A stretch of 64,000 nt of DNA. Origin: an uncultured Dechloromonas sp. (GTDB lineage: Bacteria > Pseudomonadota > Gammaproteobacteria > Burkholderiales > Rhodocyclaceae). Numbering within the stretch: the stretch's first letter is position 1; each line of letters opens with the position of its first letter. The notes below the pieces were generated by a model that saw only the letters and a program-made list of their open reading frames with translations, was not told the DNA's origin and did not search any database. Below, in pieces: positions 7,690 to 17,900 of the stretch. Location of the stretch: contig NZ_CAMFKO010000017.1 of assembly GCF_945957265.1 (NCBI RefSeq), forward strand, positions 7,458 to 71,457, read 5' to 3'. Position numbers and translations under genes: made by a program.

Positions 7690-8916
7690 ATGCTTGCGCT
7701 CTGCCCGGACTACTATCCGAAATTCCAATGTATCGGGTCGACCTGTGAAGATTCTTGCTGTATCGGCTGGCGGGTCCATCTGGACAAGGCAACTTATCAC
7801 TTTTACAAACAGAACCAGCATCCCAATCTGCGTGAACGCTTCAAGAATACGATTCAGCGAACAGATATAAAGGGCGACACCCAGCATTTTGCCGTCATCG
7901 AGATGGCGGAGAGGGGGCGCTGCCCTTTTCTTGACCCGGACAATCTCTGCGCCATTCATCGCAATCTCGGCAGCACGGCACTCAGCAACGTGTGCGCGAC
8001 ATTCCCGAGGCGGGCGAATCTCAGCGGCAAGCAGCTGGAATACTCGCTATCGCTGGCGTGCCCGGAGGCCGCGCGCCTCGTGCTGCTGCAAAAGGAAGCG
8101 ATGGGGTTTGTCGAGATACCGATCGACACCACCCTGGCAAGTGCCGCCCCCCCGGCCGAACTCTCACCTCACGAAGAACAAAGCAGCCTGCTGCTCAACG
8201 ACCTGCGGGCGCTCATCATCGGCATTCTGCAGTTGCGCGAATTGCCCGTCGATCATCGACTAATCCTGCTGGGCCTGCTGCTCGAGGACTTCGAGGCGGC
8301 ATCCCTGGCCAACGAAGCCCTGCCGCCGGTGTTGCACCGTTACGTCGGATTGCTCGGCGCCCCGGACTTGCTGCGGAATGAACTGGATAAAATCGAGCCC
8401 TGCCTCGCCGTCAAGATTCACCTCGTCGCCCACCTGATCGGCGACATACCGACACCCGCCCATAACATTCGCTTTCGCACCCTGCTGGACGAGGCGGCCC
8501 AAGGCCTGAAATTCGAGTCCTCGCAACACGACGGGCAACATGAGGCCTACGAACGCGACTACCGCCCCTACTTTGAAGCGCACCCCCACATTCTCGAAAA
8601 CTACCTGGTTCACTACGTCATTCACAACCTCTTCCCCGTCGTGCGCACGTCGGTTGTCGTTCAATACCGGGAACTGATCTGCGACTATCTGGCGATCACG
8701 ACCTTGCTGTTCGGACAAGCCGTTTTTCACCGGGGGATGACCGATGCGCTGGCCGTCAAGACGATTCAATCCTACACACGCTTCGCCGGCCACTACTCCC
8801 AGTTCAAGGAGACCGTCGCGCGCACCCTTGAACAGCAGCAGCTATCCGATCTGCGCCGGCTGTTCCAGCTGATCGCTCCCCCCAAATCAAGCCGGGCGCC
8901 AGCGAGCGCTGCATAA
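7690..8916 (+). CDS. fliB: Flagellin lysine-N-methylase FliB
   Basis: Cys-rich N-terminus FQCIGSTCEDSCCIGWRVHLDK...CPFLDPDNLCAIHRNLG...CATFPRR...SLSLACPEAARL. I recognise it as matching Salmonella FliB. Confidence 0.8.
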   Translation: MLALCPDYYPKFQCIGSTCEDSCCIGWRVHLDKATYHFYKQNQHPNLRERFKNTIQRTDIKGDTQHFAVIEMAERGRCPFLDPDNLCAIHRNLGSTALSNVCATFPRRANLSGKQLEYSLSLACPEAARLVLLQKEAMGFVEIPIDTTLASAAPPAELSPHEEQSSLLLNDLRALIIGILQLRELPVDHRLILLGLLLEDFEAASLANEALPPVLHRYVGLLGAPDLLRNELDKIEPCLAVKIHLVAHLIGDIPTPAHNIRFRTLLDEAAQGLKFESSQHDGQHEAYERDYRPYFEAHPHILENYLVHYVIHNLFPVVRTSVVVQYRELICDYLAITTLLFGQAVFHRGMTDALAVKTIQSYTRFAGHYSQFKETVARTLEQQQLSDLRRLFQLIAPPKSSRAPASAA

Positions 8917-8947
8917 TCCCTGCGACACTTTGCCGAGGCCAACCCTG

Positions 8948-10246
8948 ATGCCCACAATCTACGTAGGAATGACCGTCGATGTTCTGCACCACGGACATAT
9001 CAACATCATCACGGAAGCCAGCAAACACGGCGAACTCATCGTCGGCCTGCTGACCGACGCGGCCATCGCCAATCACAAGCGACTCCCTTACCTGAGCTAC
9101 GAGCATCGCAAACAGATTCTGCAGAATATCAATGGCGTAGCACAGGTTGTTCCGCAGAACGAATGGGATTACGCCCCCAACCTGCGCAAGTACAAACCCG
9201 ATTTGATGATGCATGGCGACGATTGGCACGAAGGCCCGCTGGCCCCCTATCGCGAGCGCGCATTGGCCGCACTGGCGGAATACGGCGGGCGCCTGATCGA
9301 AATCCCATACACCCCGGGCGTCTCGTCGAAAGCCATCATTGCCCAGATGCAGGCGCTCGGCACCTCACCGGAAATACGTCGCCAGACGCTCAAACGCCTG
9401 CTGGGCGCGAAACCGATTTCCCGCTTCATCGAAGCGCACAACCCCATTTCCGCCCTGCTCGCGGAACATGTGAGCATCCAGCGTGACGGCGCGATCCGCC
9501 AGTTCGACGGCTTCTGGTCGAGTTCCCTGACCGACTCGACAGTCCGGGGGAAGCCGGATATCGAAGCGGTCGACATCACCAGCCGACTCTCCAACATCAA
9601 CGACATCTTCGACGTCACCACCAAGCCGCTGATCATGGACGCCGACACGGGCGGCAAACCGGAGCACTTCGAACTGCACGTCCGCAGCATGGAACGACTG
9701 GGCATCTCGGCGACGATCATCGAAGACAAGACCGGGCTGAAGAAAAATTCCCTGTTCGGAAACGATGTCGTACAAAGCCAGGACGACATCCCCCACTTCT
9801 GCGAAAAGATCCGCGCCGGACGAGCCGCCCGCGTCAGCGAAGATTTCATGGTCATCGCCCGCATTGAAAGCCTGATCCTGGAGCGCGGCATGGATGACGC
9901 CATTGCGCGCGCCCAGGCCTATGTCGAGGCCGGCGCCGACGGCATCATGATCCACAGCCGGCGCAAGACCCCGGACGAGGTTTTCGAATTCGCCCGCCGT
10001 TTCCGCCAGGATTTCCCCAGCGTGCCGCTGGTATCCGTACCCACCAGCTATAACAGCACCACCGAAGAACAGCTGGCGGAGCATGGATTCAACATCGTCA
10101 TCTACGCCAACCACCTGCTGCGAGCCGCCTATCCGGCCATGGAAAAGGTCGCCCGACAAATTCTGGAAAACGGCAGATCGGCCGAAACCGACCGTGACCT
10201 GATGGACATCAACGCCATCCTCGAACTGATCCCGGGAACCCGCTGA
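8948..10246 (+). CDS. Bifunctional cytidylyltransferase / phosphoenolpyruvate mutase (PepM)
   Basis: The N-terminal HxGH nucleotidyltransferase motif (VDVLHHGH) is at 8987-8998. The C-terminal domain carries the PepM hallmark EDKX5NS (EDKTGLKKNS, nt 9722-9751). The start was trimmed to ATG 8948. Confidence 0.85.
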   Translation: MPTIYVGMTVDVLHHGHINIITEASKHGELIVGLLTDAAIANHKRLPYLSYEHRKQILQNINGVAQVVPQNEWDYAPNLRKYKPDLMMHGDDWHEGPLAPYRERALAALAEYGGRLIEIPYTPGVSSKAIIAQMQALGTSPEIRRQTLKRLLGAKPISRFIEAHNPISALLAEHVSIQRDGAIRQFDGFWSSSLTDSTVRGKPDIEAVDITSRLSNINDIFDVTTKPLIMDADTGGKPEHFELHVRSMERLGISATIIEDKTGLKKNSLFGNDVVQSQDDIPHFCEKIRAGRAARVSEDFMVIARIESLILERGMDDAIARAQAYVEAGADGIMIHSRRKTPDEVFEFARRFRQDFPSVPLVSVPTSYNSTTEEQLAEHGFNIVIYANHLLRAAYPAMEKVARQILENGRSAETDRDLMDINAILELIPGTR

Positions 10247-11394
10247 TGATAGACCCGAAGGACTTCGCCGCCGCACTGCGCGATGCCGGCATCCAATTCA
10301 TCACCGGCGTCCCCGACTCCCTGCTCAAGGACATCTGTGCCCACCTCACGGCAAGCCTGCCGGCGGAAGCGCACCGGATCGCCACCAACGAAGGCTCGGC
10401 TGTCGGCCTCGCCATCGGGCATTACCTGGCGACGGGGAATCCGGCCATGGTCTATATGCAGAACTCCGGGCTGGGCAATATCGTCAACCCGGTCGCCTCC
10501 CTTGCCGACCCGCTCATCTATGGCATTCCGATGCTGCTGATGGTGGGCTGGCGCGGAGAAATGCTTCCGGACGGCAAGCAGATCAACGACGAACCCCAAC
10601 ACGTCAAGCAAGGCCGGATCACGCTGACGCAACTCGAAACGCTGGGCATTCCCTATCGCATCGTTGATGCCCAAACGACGGACATCCAGGGCTGCATCGC
10701 GGCAATGCGCGACCAATCGGTGCAACGTAACGGCCCTGTTGCCATGGTCGTCCGCAAACAGACTTTCGCCCCCTGCGCCCTGCCCGCCCGGAATGAAGCT
10801 GCCGAGCAGCCCAGCCGCGAAGAGACCATTCAGACGGTGGTCGACATACTCCCCCCCGATGCGGCCATCGTTGCCACGACCGGCATGGCATCCCGGGAGC
10901 TCTTCGAATACCGGCGCGCGCTCGACAGCGGCCACCAGCGCGACTTCCTGACCGTCGGCGGCATGGGGCATGCCTCGCAGATCGCCGTCGGCATTGCCCA
11001 GGCCCGACCCGATCGCCGGGTCGTCTGCCTGGATGGCGACGGCGCCATCCTGATGCACCTGGGCGGCCTGGCCCTTGCCGCACGGCAAGGCAACCTGCTC
11101 CACCTGGTCATCAACAACGGCGCTCACGACTCGGTGGGCGGGCAACCGACACTGGCCCGCGAACTCGACCTCGCCGCCATCGCCCTGGCGCTGGGCTACA
11201 CGCACGTCGAGTCGGTTGGCAGCCGTGCCGAATTGGGCGATGCACTGCGGCGCGCCCTGGCTTCCGCGGGCAGCGCCTTCGTCGAGGTGCGCTGCCGCAC
11301 CGGCGCCCGCGCCAACCTCGGGCGCCCCGACATACCGCCCTCCGACAACAAGCGGCACTTCATGAATTTTCTGGCAGGAACGATGGATGAATAA
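10246..11394 (+). CDS. Phosphonopyruvate decarboxylase (thiamine-diphosphate dependent)
   Basis: The N-terminus is FITGVPDSLLKD. The TPP motif LDGDGAILMHLGG...VINNGAHDSVGGQ is present. The start overlaps the pepM stop (TGATG). Confidence 0.85.
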   Translation: MIDPKDFAAALRDAGIQFITGVPDSLLKDICAHLTASLPAEAHRIATNEGSAVGLAIGHYLATGNPAMVYMQNSGLGNIVNPVASLADPLIYGIPMLLMVGWRGEMLPDGKQINDEPQHVKQGRITLTQLETLGIPYRIVDAQTTDIQGCIAAMRDQSVQRNGPVAMVVRKQTFAPCALPARNEAAEQPSREETIQTVVDILPPDAAIVATTGMASRELFEYRRALDSGHQRDFLTVGGMGHASQIAVGIAQARPDRRVVCLDGDGAILMHLGGLALAARQGNLLHLVINNGAHDSVGGQPTLARELDLAAIALALGYTHVESVGSRAELGDALRRALASAGSAFVEVRCRTGARANLGRPDIPPSDNKRHFMNFLAGTMDE

Positions 11395-12388
11395 GTCCGA
11401 CGAGTCGATTGCCGGTCTGGTCGCCCGACGCAATGCCGAAAAATGCCTGTTCACCGCCGGCCCGGCTAGCCTGCTCACGGAAAACCTGACCGGGCTCCGC
11501 CCCTGTTTCGGTCGGGGAGACGCCGATTACGCCTCGCTGGAAACGACGGTGCTGGATGCGTTGAAGGCGCTGTCCGGGCATCGTGAAATTGCCCGCCTGC
11601 AGGGCTCGGCCAGCCTGGCGCTCGAACTGGCCACGCTCAACTTCCTCGCCGGGCGCGTCCTGATCGTCTCCTCCGGCTACTACTCCGACCGTCTGCAAGC
11701 CATGGCCGAGGCGGCGCAACGCCAAACCGGACGCATCACGCACATCGGCAGCATTGCATGGAGCCAACTGCCGGAACTCAACGAAGGCTTCGACTGGCTG
11801 GTCGCTTGTTACACCGAAACCAGCGTCGGGCTGCGCCTGCCGATGGCCCAGCTCCTTGCCGCCAAGCAGCGTGCCGGCGCCCGGATGCTGCTCGATGCCA
11901 CGGCCTCGATCGGCCTGGAGACGGGGCACGAGCACGCGGACGTCATCGCCTACTCGTCGTGCAAGGGCCTGTTCGGCCTTACCGGTGCCGCCTTCATCGC
12001 CTTCAACGAGCACCCGGGCTATGCGCCGGATTCGTTCTATCTCAATCTCGACAACCACCTCGAGCGGCGGATGACCGGCCCCTACCATGCCATTGCCTCG
12101 CTGGCCGACGTATTGCCGAGGCATGCCGATTTCCGGTCGGCCGTCATGCAGAACAAGGCCGCCTTCATGGCCCGGATGCGCCCCTACCTGACGCGCCAGG
12201 AAGACCAGCAACCGGCGCTGTGCACCCAGATCAGCGCCACGATCACCTCGACGGACCCCAGAGCCATCCTATATGCTCCGCGAGGCAACCAGGGCGGCAG
12301 CGTGGTATGCCACCTCGGCGAAGCCCACCTTGGCGCGGCCGCGCGCGGAGACATTCTGAATCTTCTGGAGCTCGATCCAACACCATGA
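11387..12388 (+). CDS. Class V aminotransferase, 2-aminoethylphosphonate:pyruvate transaminase-like
   Basis: It has a PLP-type fold with the SSCKGL lysine motif. It sits directly after pepM and ppd, with an 8-nt overlap with ppd. Confidence 0.7.
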   Translation: MNKSDESIAGLVARRNAEKCLFTAGPASLLTENLTGLRPCFGRGDADYASLETTVLDALKALSGHREIARLQGSASLALELATLNFLAGRVLIVSSGYYSDRLQAMAEAAQRQTGRITHIGSIAWSQLPELNEGFDWLVACYTETSVGLRLPMAQLLAAKQRAGARMLLDATASIGLETGHEHADVIAYSSCKGLFGLTGAAFIAFNEHPGYAPDSFYLNLDNHLERRMTGPYHAIASLADVLPRHADFRSAVMQNKAAFMARMRPYLTRQEDQQPALCTQISATITSTDPRAILYAPRGNQGGSVVCHLGEAHLGAAARGDILNLLELDPTP

Positions 12389-12813
12389 CCGCAGGACAAG
12401 CCCCCTCGCATCAAAGGCGGATCATGGTCGACATGTCCGCCACGCTGCTGCACCACGGTCACATTCGCCTGCTCAAGGCAGCCAAGCAACTGGGCACCGT
12501 GGTCGTCGCGCTGACCACCGACGACGAGATCCGCAAGAAAAAGGGCTACGACCCCGAGCTCAGCTATGCCGAACGCAAGGAAATCCTCGAAGCAATCCGC
12601 TATGTCGACGAGGTCGTCCCATGCAACTGGCTGATCGAGAACGAGCTGCTCGAACGCCATCGGATCGACCTGCTGGTTCATGGACACGACAACGCCAACC
12701 CCATTCCAGACGACAAGCTCGTCATCCTGCCGCGCACCGAAGGCATCAGCAGCAGCGAGCTGCGCCAGCGGGTCGTCCATGCCCTGGCACAAATCGGCGA
12801 GAACCCGCGATGA
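12385..12813 (+). CDS. TagD-like cytidylyltransferase (glycerol-3-phosphate cytidylyltransferase family)
   Basis: The motifs LLHHGH, RYVDEVVP and LPRTEGISSSELR closely follow B. subtilis TagD. There is an ATGA overlap with the upstream gene. The long track ORF 11758-12813 is an out-of-frame extension. Confidence 0.75.
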   Translation: MTAGQAPSHQRRIMVDMSATLLHHGHIRLLKAAKQLGTVVVALTTDDEIRKKKGYDPELSYAERKEILEAIRYVDEVVPCNWLIENELLERHRIDLLVHGHDNANPIPDDKLVILPRTEGISSSELRQRVVHALAQIGENPR

Positions 12814-13538
12814 GTCATGAAAACTGGCAATCCATCTGGGCAAGGCGCGGCACCTCGGATGCAAGCGGGTTATCGCTCGAAGAGCTGCTGAGACTGGACG
12901 GATTCGATTCGGGCGCCGCCTGCATCGACCCACAGGATTGGCGCAGCTATGCCCAAGACCTGGCGAACCGCCTGAACATCCGCGAAGGCCAATCCGTCTT
13001 CGAAATCGGCTGCGGGGCAGGCGCCTTTCTCGCCGCGCTGTCCGAAACGCGATCGATCGTCGTTGGCGGCATCGACTATGCCGAAGGGCTCATCGGAAAC
13101 GCCCGTCAAGCCCTCCCGCAGGGCTCCTTTCAGGTTGGCGACGCCGAAGCGCTTGAGCCGGCGCCGCCTGCGCACCACGTCATCGCCAACAGCGTGTTTC
13201 AGTACTTTCCCCTTGGCAAAGCCGGAAACATCCTGCAGCGGATGCTGAGCAAAGCCGCGATGACAGTCGCCGTCCTGGACATTCCCAACCGCGAGACGCA
13301 GGCGGAATGCGAAGCCGTCCGTCGCGCGGCCCTGCCGGAGGCCGAGTACGAGCGCAAGTATGCGGGGCTGGAGCACACCTACTTCGACCGCGACTGGTTT
13401 GCCTGCCAGGTGAATCCGGATGAATGGCGCTGCGAAACAATCGATGGCTTCATCCCCAACTACACCCAGAACCAGTTTCGCTTCGCCGCCCTCTACCGAC
13501 GCGTCACCCCCCTGATCACCCCCACGGAACGCATCTGA
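12810..13538 (+). CDS. Class I SAM-dependent methyltransferase
   Basis: Motif I is VFEIGCGAGAFL. There is an ATGA overlap with the upstream gene. Confidence 0.75.
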   Translation: MSHENWQSIWARRGTSDASGLSLEELLRLDGFDSGAACIDPQDWRSYAQDLANRLNIREGQSVFEIGCGAGAFLAALSETRSIVVGGIDYAEGLIGNARQALPQGSFQVGDAEALEPAPPAHHVIANSVFQYFPLGKAGNILQRMLSKAAMTVAVLDIPNRETQAECEAVRRAALPEAEYERKYAGLEHTYFDRDWFACQVNPDEWRCETIDGFIPNYTQNQFRFAALYRRVTPLITPTERI

Positions 13539-13543
13539 CCCCC

Positions 13544-14950
13544 ATGCCCGCTTCTCTCGCCTCGTCACCCAGACAATTCACGTTTTTCCATACCGATGGC
13601 TGCGAACGACAGACGGTGGAGCCGATCGCCGACGAGGCGGCACGACGCGGCTACGCCGTTCGCTTCACGGAAGACATGGGGGAACGAGCCGACATAGGCG
13701 TCTATTGCCAACACGCCTGCCGGCCCAATGCCAATTTTTCCGTCATCACCCTGCACGACCTCGCGCAACGGCATGACATCTGGCCACGCTTCTGGCAGAC
13801 CGAGCCGTGGAACGACTTCGATATCGGCCTGGTGCCCGGTGAAACCTGGGTAGATCGCTGGCAATCGCAGGCCGACTTTCCGGTTGCACGCCCAAGACTT
13901 GGCCTCTTCAATCTCGGCTGGCCGAAAGCCGATCTGGTCTTTCGCAGCCGCACTCGCTTTGCCGAGGCGGCCGCCGAACTACGCCAGAAGCTGGGCTTGC
14001 AGCACGAACACTCCGTGCTGTATGCCCCGTCCTGGGAAAACGACGGCAAGCAGGACGATTTCGTCAAAGCCTTGAGCGAGTTGCCCGTCAACCTGTTGCT
14101 CAAGCAGGCCCCGTGGTCCAATGACTATCCGATGGTCCTCGAAAGCATACGGGCCATGAACGCCCTTCATCGGGGTTGCGCACCCAATGTCCACATCATC
14201 GACCCCGATGTGAGCATCATGTATTGCCTTGGCCTGGCCGACGTTCTCGTCTCGGACGAATCCAGCGTCCTCACGGAGGCCCTGTTGCTCGACGTGCCGG
14301 GTGTCGCGGTTGTCGACTGGCTGATTCCCGACCGCATTCCTTCGCGCTTTGCCGAAGTGCCCTACGATTACGTCATCAAGACGCAGAAAGCCGATTTGCG
14401 GCAAACCGTCCAGGAAATTCTGGCTGCGCCCGCCGCCTACCGCGCAGCCACCGCCCAGGTGAAACACCAGCAATTCAGCAACCTCGGGCAAAGTGCAAAA
14501 GCCATTGTCGACACTATCGAGGCCGCCCTTGGCGGCCATCCGCTTCCCTATCCGCCTTGCGCACCGCGCGTCGACCTGGATCGCCAGCAGTTTCGACTGG
14601 CGGAAGCCCTGATCCAGCAGGGAAAAGCAAGCGAAGGACTGCAGCAACTCTTCGCCATGGCCAATGCCGGGACCGCATGCTGGGAAGTGTTCAACTATCT
14701 TGGCTTGCTGGCCTACGATGAAGGCAAGATCGACGATGCCGCGCTTTTCCTGGAAGTCGCTGCCGACCGCGCCCCCGATCCACGAGCACCGCTGGCCAAC
14801 CTCATCGACCTCCAGTGCGGCCGACAAGACCGTGAGAAGGCACTCGCGGCACTCGGCGCCTACATGCAGCAAACCGCCACCTCGCCGCAGCTCTTCAAGG
14901 CCATCCAGGTCTTCCTGCATATGCTGAACGCCCCGTCGGCAGCCCACTAG
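13544..14950 (+). CDS. TagF-like CDP-alcohol phosphotransferase (Glyphos_transf family) with a C-terminal TPR region
   Basis: VLYAPSWEND and DVLVSDESSVLTEAL resemble the YAPTWR / DYSS motifs of teichoic-acid glycerophosphotransferases. The C-terminal ~110 aa are TPR-like (WEVFNYLGLLAYDEGKIDDAALFLEVA...). Confidence 0.65.
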   Translation: MPASLASSPRQFTFFHTDGCERQTVEPIADEAARRGYAVRFTEDMGERADIGVYCQHACRPNANFSVITLHDLAQRHDIWPRFWQTEPWNDFDIGLVPGETWVDRWQSQADFPVARPRLGLFNLGWPKADLVFRSRTRFAEAAAELRQKLGLQHEHSVLYAPSWENDGKQDDFVKALSELPVNLLLKQAPWSNDYPMVLESIRAMNALHRGCAPNVHIIDPDVSIMYCLGLADVLVSDESSVLTEALLLDVPGVAVVDWLIPDRIPSRFAEVPYDYVIKTQKADLRQTVQEILAAPAAYRAATAQVKHQQFSNLGQSAKAIVDTIEAALGGHPLPYPPCAPRVDLDRQQFRLAEALIQQGKASEGLQQLFAMANAGTACWEVFNYLGLLAYDEGKIDDAALFLEVAADRAPDPRAPLANLIDLQCGRQDREKALAALGAYMQQTATSPQLFKAIQVFLHMLNAPSAAH

Positions 14951-14994
14951 CAGCCTGACAGCCAACAACCTACCAGCCCTCATCCGAATCCGCC

Positions 14995-17900
14995 ATGAAG
15001 CATACCTACGACACCCAGAGGAATCTGTGGACCCGCCCCGACTTTTCCGGGATCGCCTATTCAGACGGCTCCGAAATCGAGGCCCGCTTGTTGCAGGTCA
15101 TGCGCTCGGTCAAGGACAAATCCGTATTCTCCATTGAGTTGGCGTCGCATATCAGTGACTGGGCAAGCGAATACCACCTGACGGCCAGCCGGCACTGCCT
15201 GATGCGGCCGATCCCGTTCGAGGCAGGCCAGAGCGTGCTGGAACTCGGTTGCGGCTGCGGTGCCATTACCCGCCACCTGGGGGAGCTCGGCCTGAATGTG
15301 ACGGCCGTGGAAGGGGGTGCCAAGCGTGCCGAAATTGCTGCCGAACGCGTGCGCGACCTTCCCGATGTCAAAGTGGTTTTCGACGACCTGGTGCAATTCC
15401 AGTCCGACGAAAAATTCGACTGGGTCACATTGATCGGCGTTCTCGAGTATTCACCGATGTTCGCCCCCGGAGACGACCCGGTCAGCGCCTACCTCAAGCA
15501 GGCGCTTTCCTACCTGAAGCCGGGCGGCCGACTGGTCATCGCCATCGAGAACCAGTTGGGGTTGAAGTACTTCAACGGTTGCGGCGAGGACCACGTCAAC
15601 CTCCCGTTTTTTGGCCCCCAGGGCCTGTATCAACGCGGAGGACCGGTCACTTTCGGCAAGCGGCAGCTGAAAAAACGTTTGCTCGATATCGGCTTTTCCG
15701 GGGTGGATTTCTTCTACCCCTACCCGGACTACAAGATTCCTCAGGCGATCATCTCCGAATCCGCCTTCATGACGCCGGAATTCAAGGTCGCCGACATCTT
15801 GTTGCGCATGGATTCCAGAGACTATACCGGACGTCCCTTCCGTCTCTTTTCCGAGCAACTGGTTGCCCGCGAACTGGAGGACAACGGCGTCCTCTCGGAT
15901 TTCGCCAATTCCTTCCTGCTCATCGCCCGTCAGACCGATCCGGTTGCTGCGCCCCCCGACGAAGCCATTGCCTGGTGCTTCAGCCTCAACCGTTTGACGC
16001 GCTACAAGACGGAAACGACCTTTCACGTATCCGGCGAACGGATCGAAGTCAGAAAAAACCGCGCCGCCCCTCCGCACCTGAGGCAATCGGTCCCCCCCGG
16101 CAAGATCACGCACCACCTGGGCAACGCGCTTTATCATCGGGGGCGGCTGCAAGCCTGGCACCTCCTCAAGGCCAAGTTCCGCCCCTACAACGAGGCCGAA
16201 CTGGCTGCCGCCTTCTTGCCGCATGCCCGCTACCTGCTTGATCGAAGCGAGCAAACCCCGGGGAGCAACCCGGCGCTTCTGGAGTCGTGGCTAACCGCCG
16301 GCACACTGCTCGACCTGACGCCTTTCAACGTCATCGAAACCAGCAACGGCCCACAAGAAATCGACATGGAATGGGAGGTGCCCGGACAAGTCCCAACCGG
16401 ATGGGTTCTTCTGCGCAGCATAGCCAATTCCCTGATGCTCGGCATGACGCCGGACGAAGCAGAACAGACGACCCTGGGCGGACTGACCCAAAAGATTCTG
16501 GCCGGACTGGGAATGCAGTACGCTCCGTCAAGCTTCAGGCAGTGGGCCCGGCTTGAGCAGGAATTCATCGAATCCGTTTGCGGCGTAAAAACCCGCCTGC
16601 TCCCCCCCGACATCTCGATCTCCCAACTCAGCTCCTACCGCAAGCTCGACATCGACCGCTGGGGCACCCAGCATTCCACGCCAGGCGGCCGAACTGCACC
16701 GCCCAAACAGATTGTCGCATCGGATGTGCAGTCGCCCGACCCCTTGACGCCAACCGGACATGTCGCGGTAAGCGCCGTGGTCATGTGCTACCAGCAACAT
16801 GACATCGTTCAGCGCACCCTGCAAAGCCTGCTGACCCAGGACTATCCGATTGACGAAATCATCGTCAGCGACGACTGCTCGACGGACGGAACGATCGAGA
16901 TGATTCTGGCGATGGAGCCACAGCTGCGCCAGCGCTGCAACAATCTGCTCATCCGCCAAAATCCGAAGAACCTGGGCATCGTCGGACACTTCAACGTGCT
17001 TTTCGAACAGGCCCGCAACGAATTCATCGTCTATTTTGCCGGTGACGACATTTCGGAACCGCAGCGTGTCCGCCGCCTCGCCGAACACTTCCGCAGCCAG
17101 GATCGTCCGCGCTATTACCTGATCCACAGCGATGTCCGGATGATCGATGACGCCGACAATCCCGGTGACGTCCTCAAACCACCGGTCATCACCGGTCGCC
17201 TCGACCTCATGGAAACGGCACTGTCGGCGAGCCTTCACATTGGCGCCACCGCCGCATTTACCCGTGCGCTGTGGGCCGACTACGGAGGCTTCGAGGAACG
17301 CTGGGTATACGAAGATCTGATCCTGGGCTGGCGCGCCGCCATGCACGGCCATTATCACTATCTTCCGGAGCCCCTCCTGCGCTACCGCGCGGGTGGCGTC
17401 ACCTTTAAGAACATGTCGCCTGAAAAACAGCGGCGGCATCTGCTCTCGCTGTATCGCCAGCGCCTCATCGACACGAACGTCGCCGAAGCTGCAGGCCTGA
17501 GAACCGACTTGGGCGACGTACGCTACCGTCTTTCGGTCAACCTCAATGCGCTGGAATCGTCGCAAGCGGTCTCCGAATTCGATCTTTCCTACGTCCAGTG
17601 GCGGGCCGCGCGACAAATCCTGCCCGAGGACTTGCGCCAGATAGGCCAGGAGCTGTCGACGCTGGCGGACAACGCCCCCCGATTCCAGATCGTGATGCGC
17701 CTGCCGGCCGATTCGACCCCGGCCCTGGCCGACACGCTGGACGCGCTGAACGGTCAATATTATCCCCATTGGCGCGTCGACCTGGTCACAACCCTGCCCG
17801 CCCCGGCAGGGATGGATGCAGTTGCCTGTATTGGATGGCACACGATCGATCCAGCCGTCGATGCCGCCCAGGCAATCAACGCGATTGTCTCGGCCCAACC

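Noticed and set aside
11758-12813. 351-aa ORF suggesting a much longer cytidylyltransferase
   Set aside because: The first ~209 residues are an alternative frame of the aminotransferase gene and are Arg/Pro-rich. The TagD-like sequence begins only at the ATG at 12385, which overlaps the upstream stop (ATGA).
13424-13543. N-terminal extension of the TagF-like ORF (and the analogous 12621-12809 extension of the methyltransferase ORF)
   Set aside because: The extensions overlap the preceding genes out of frame and are Pro/His/Arg-rich. Internal ATGs at 13544 and 12810 give tight operon junctions.
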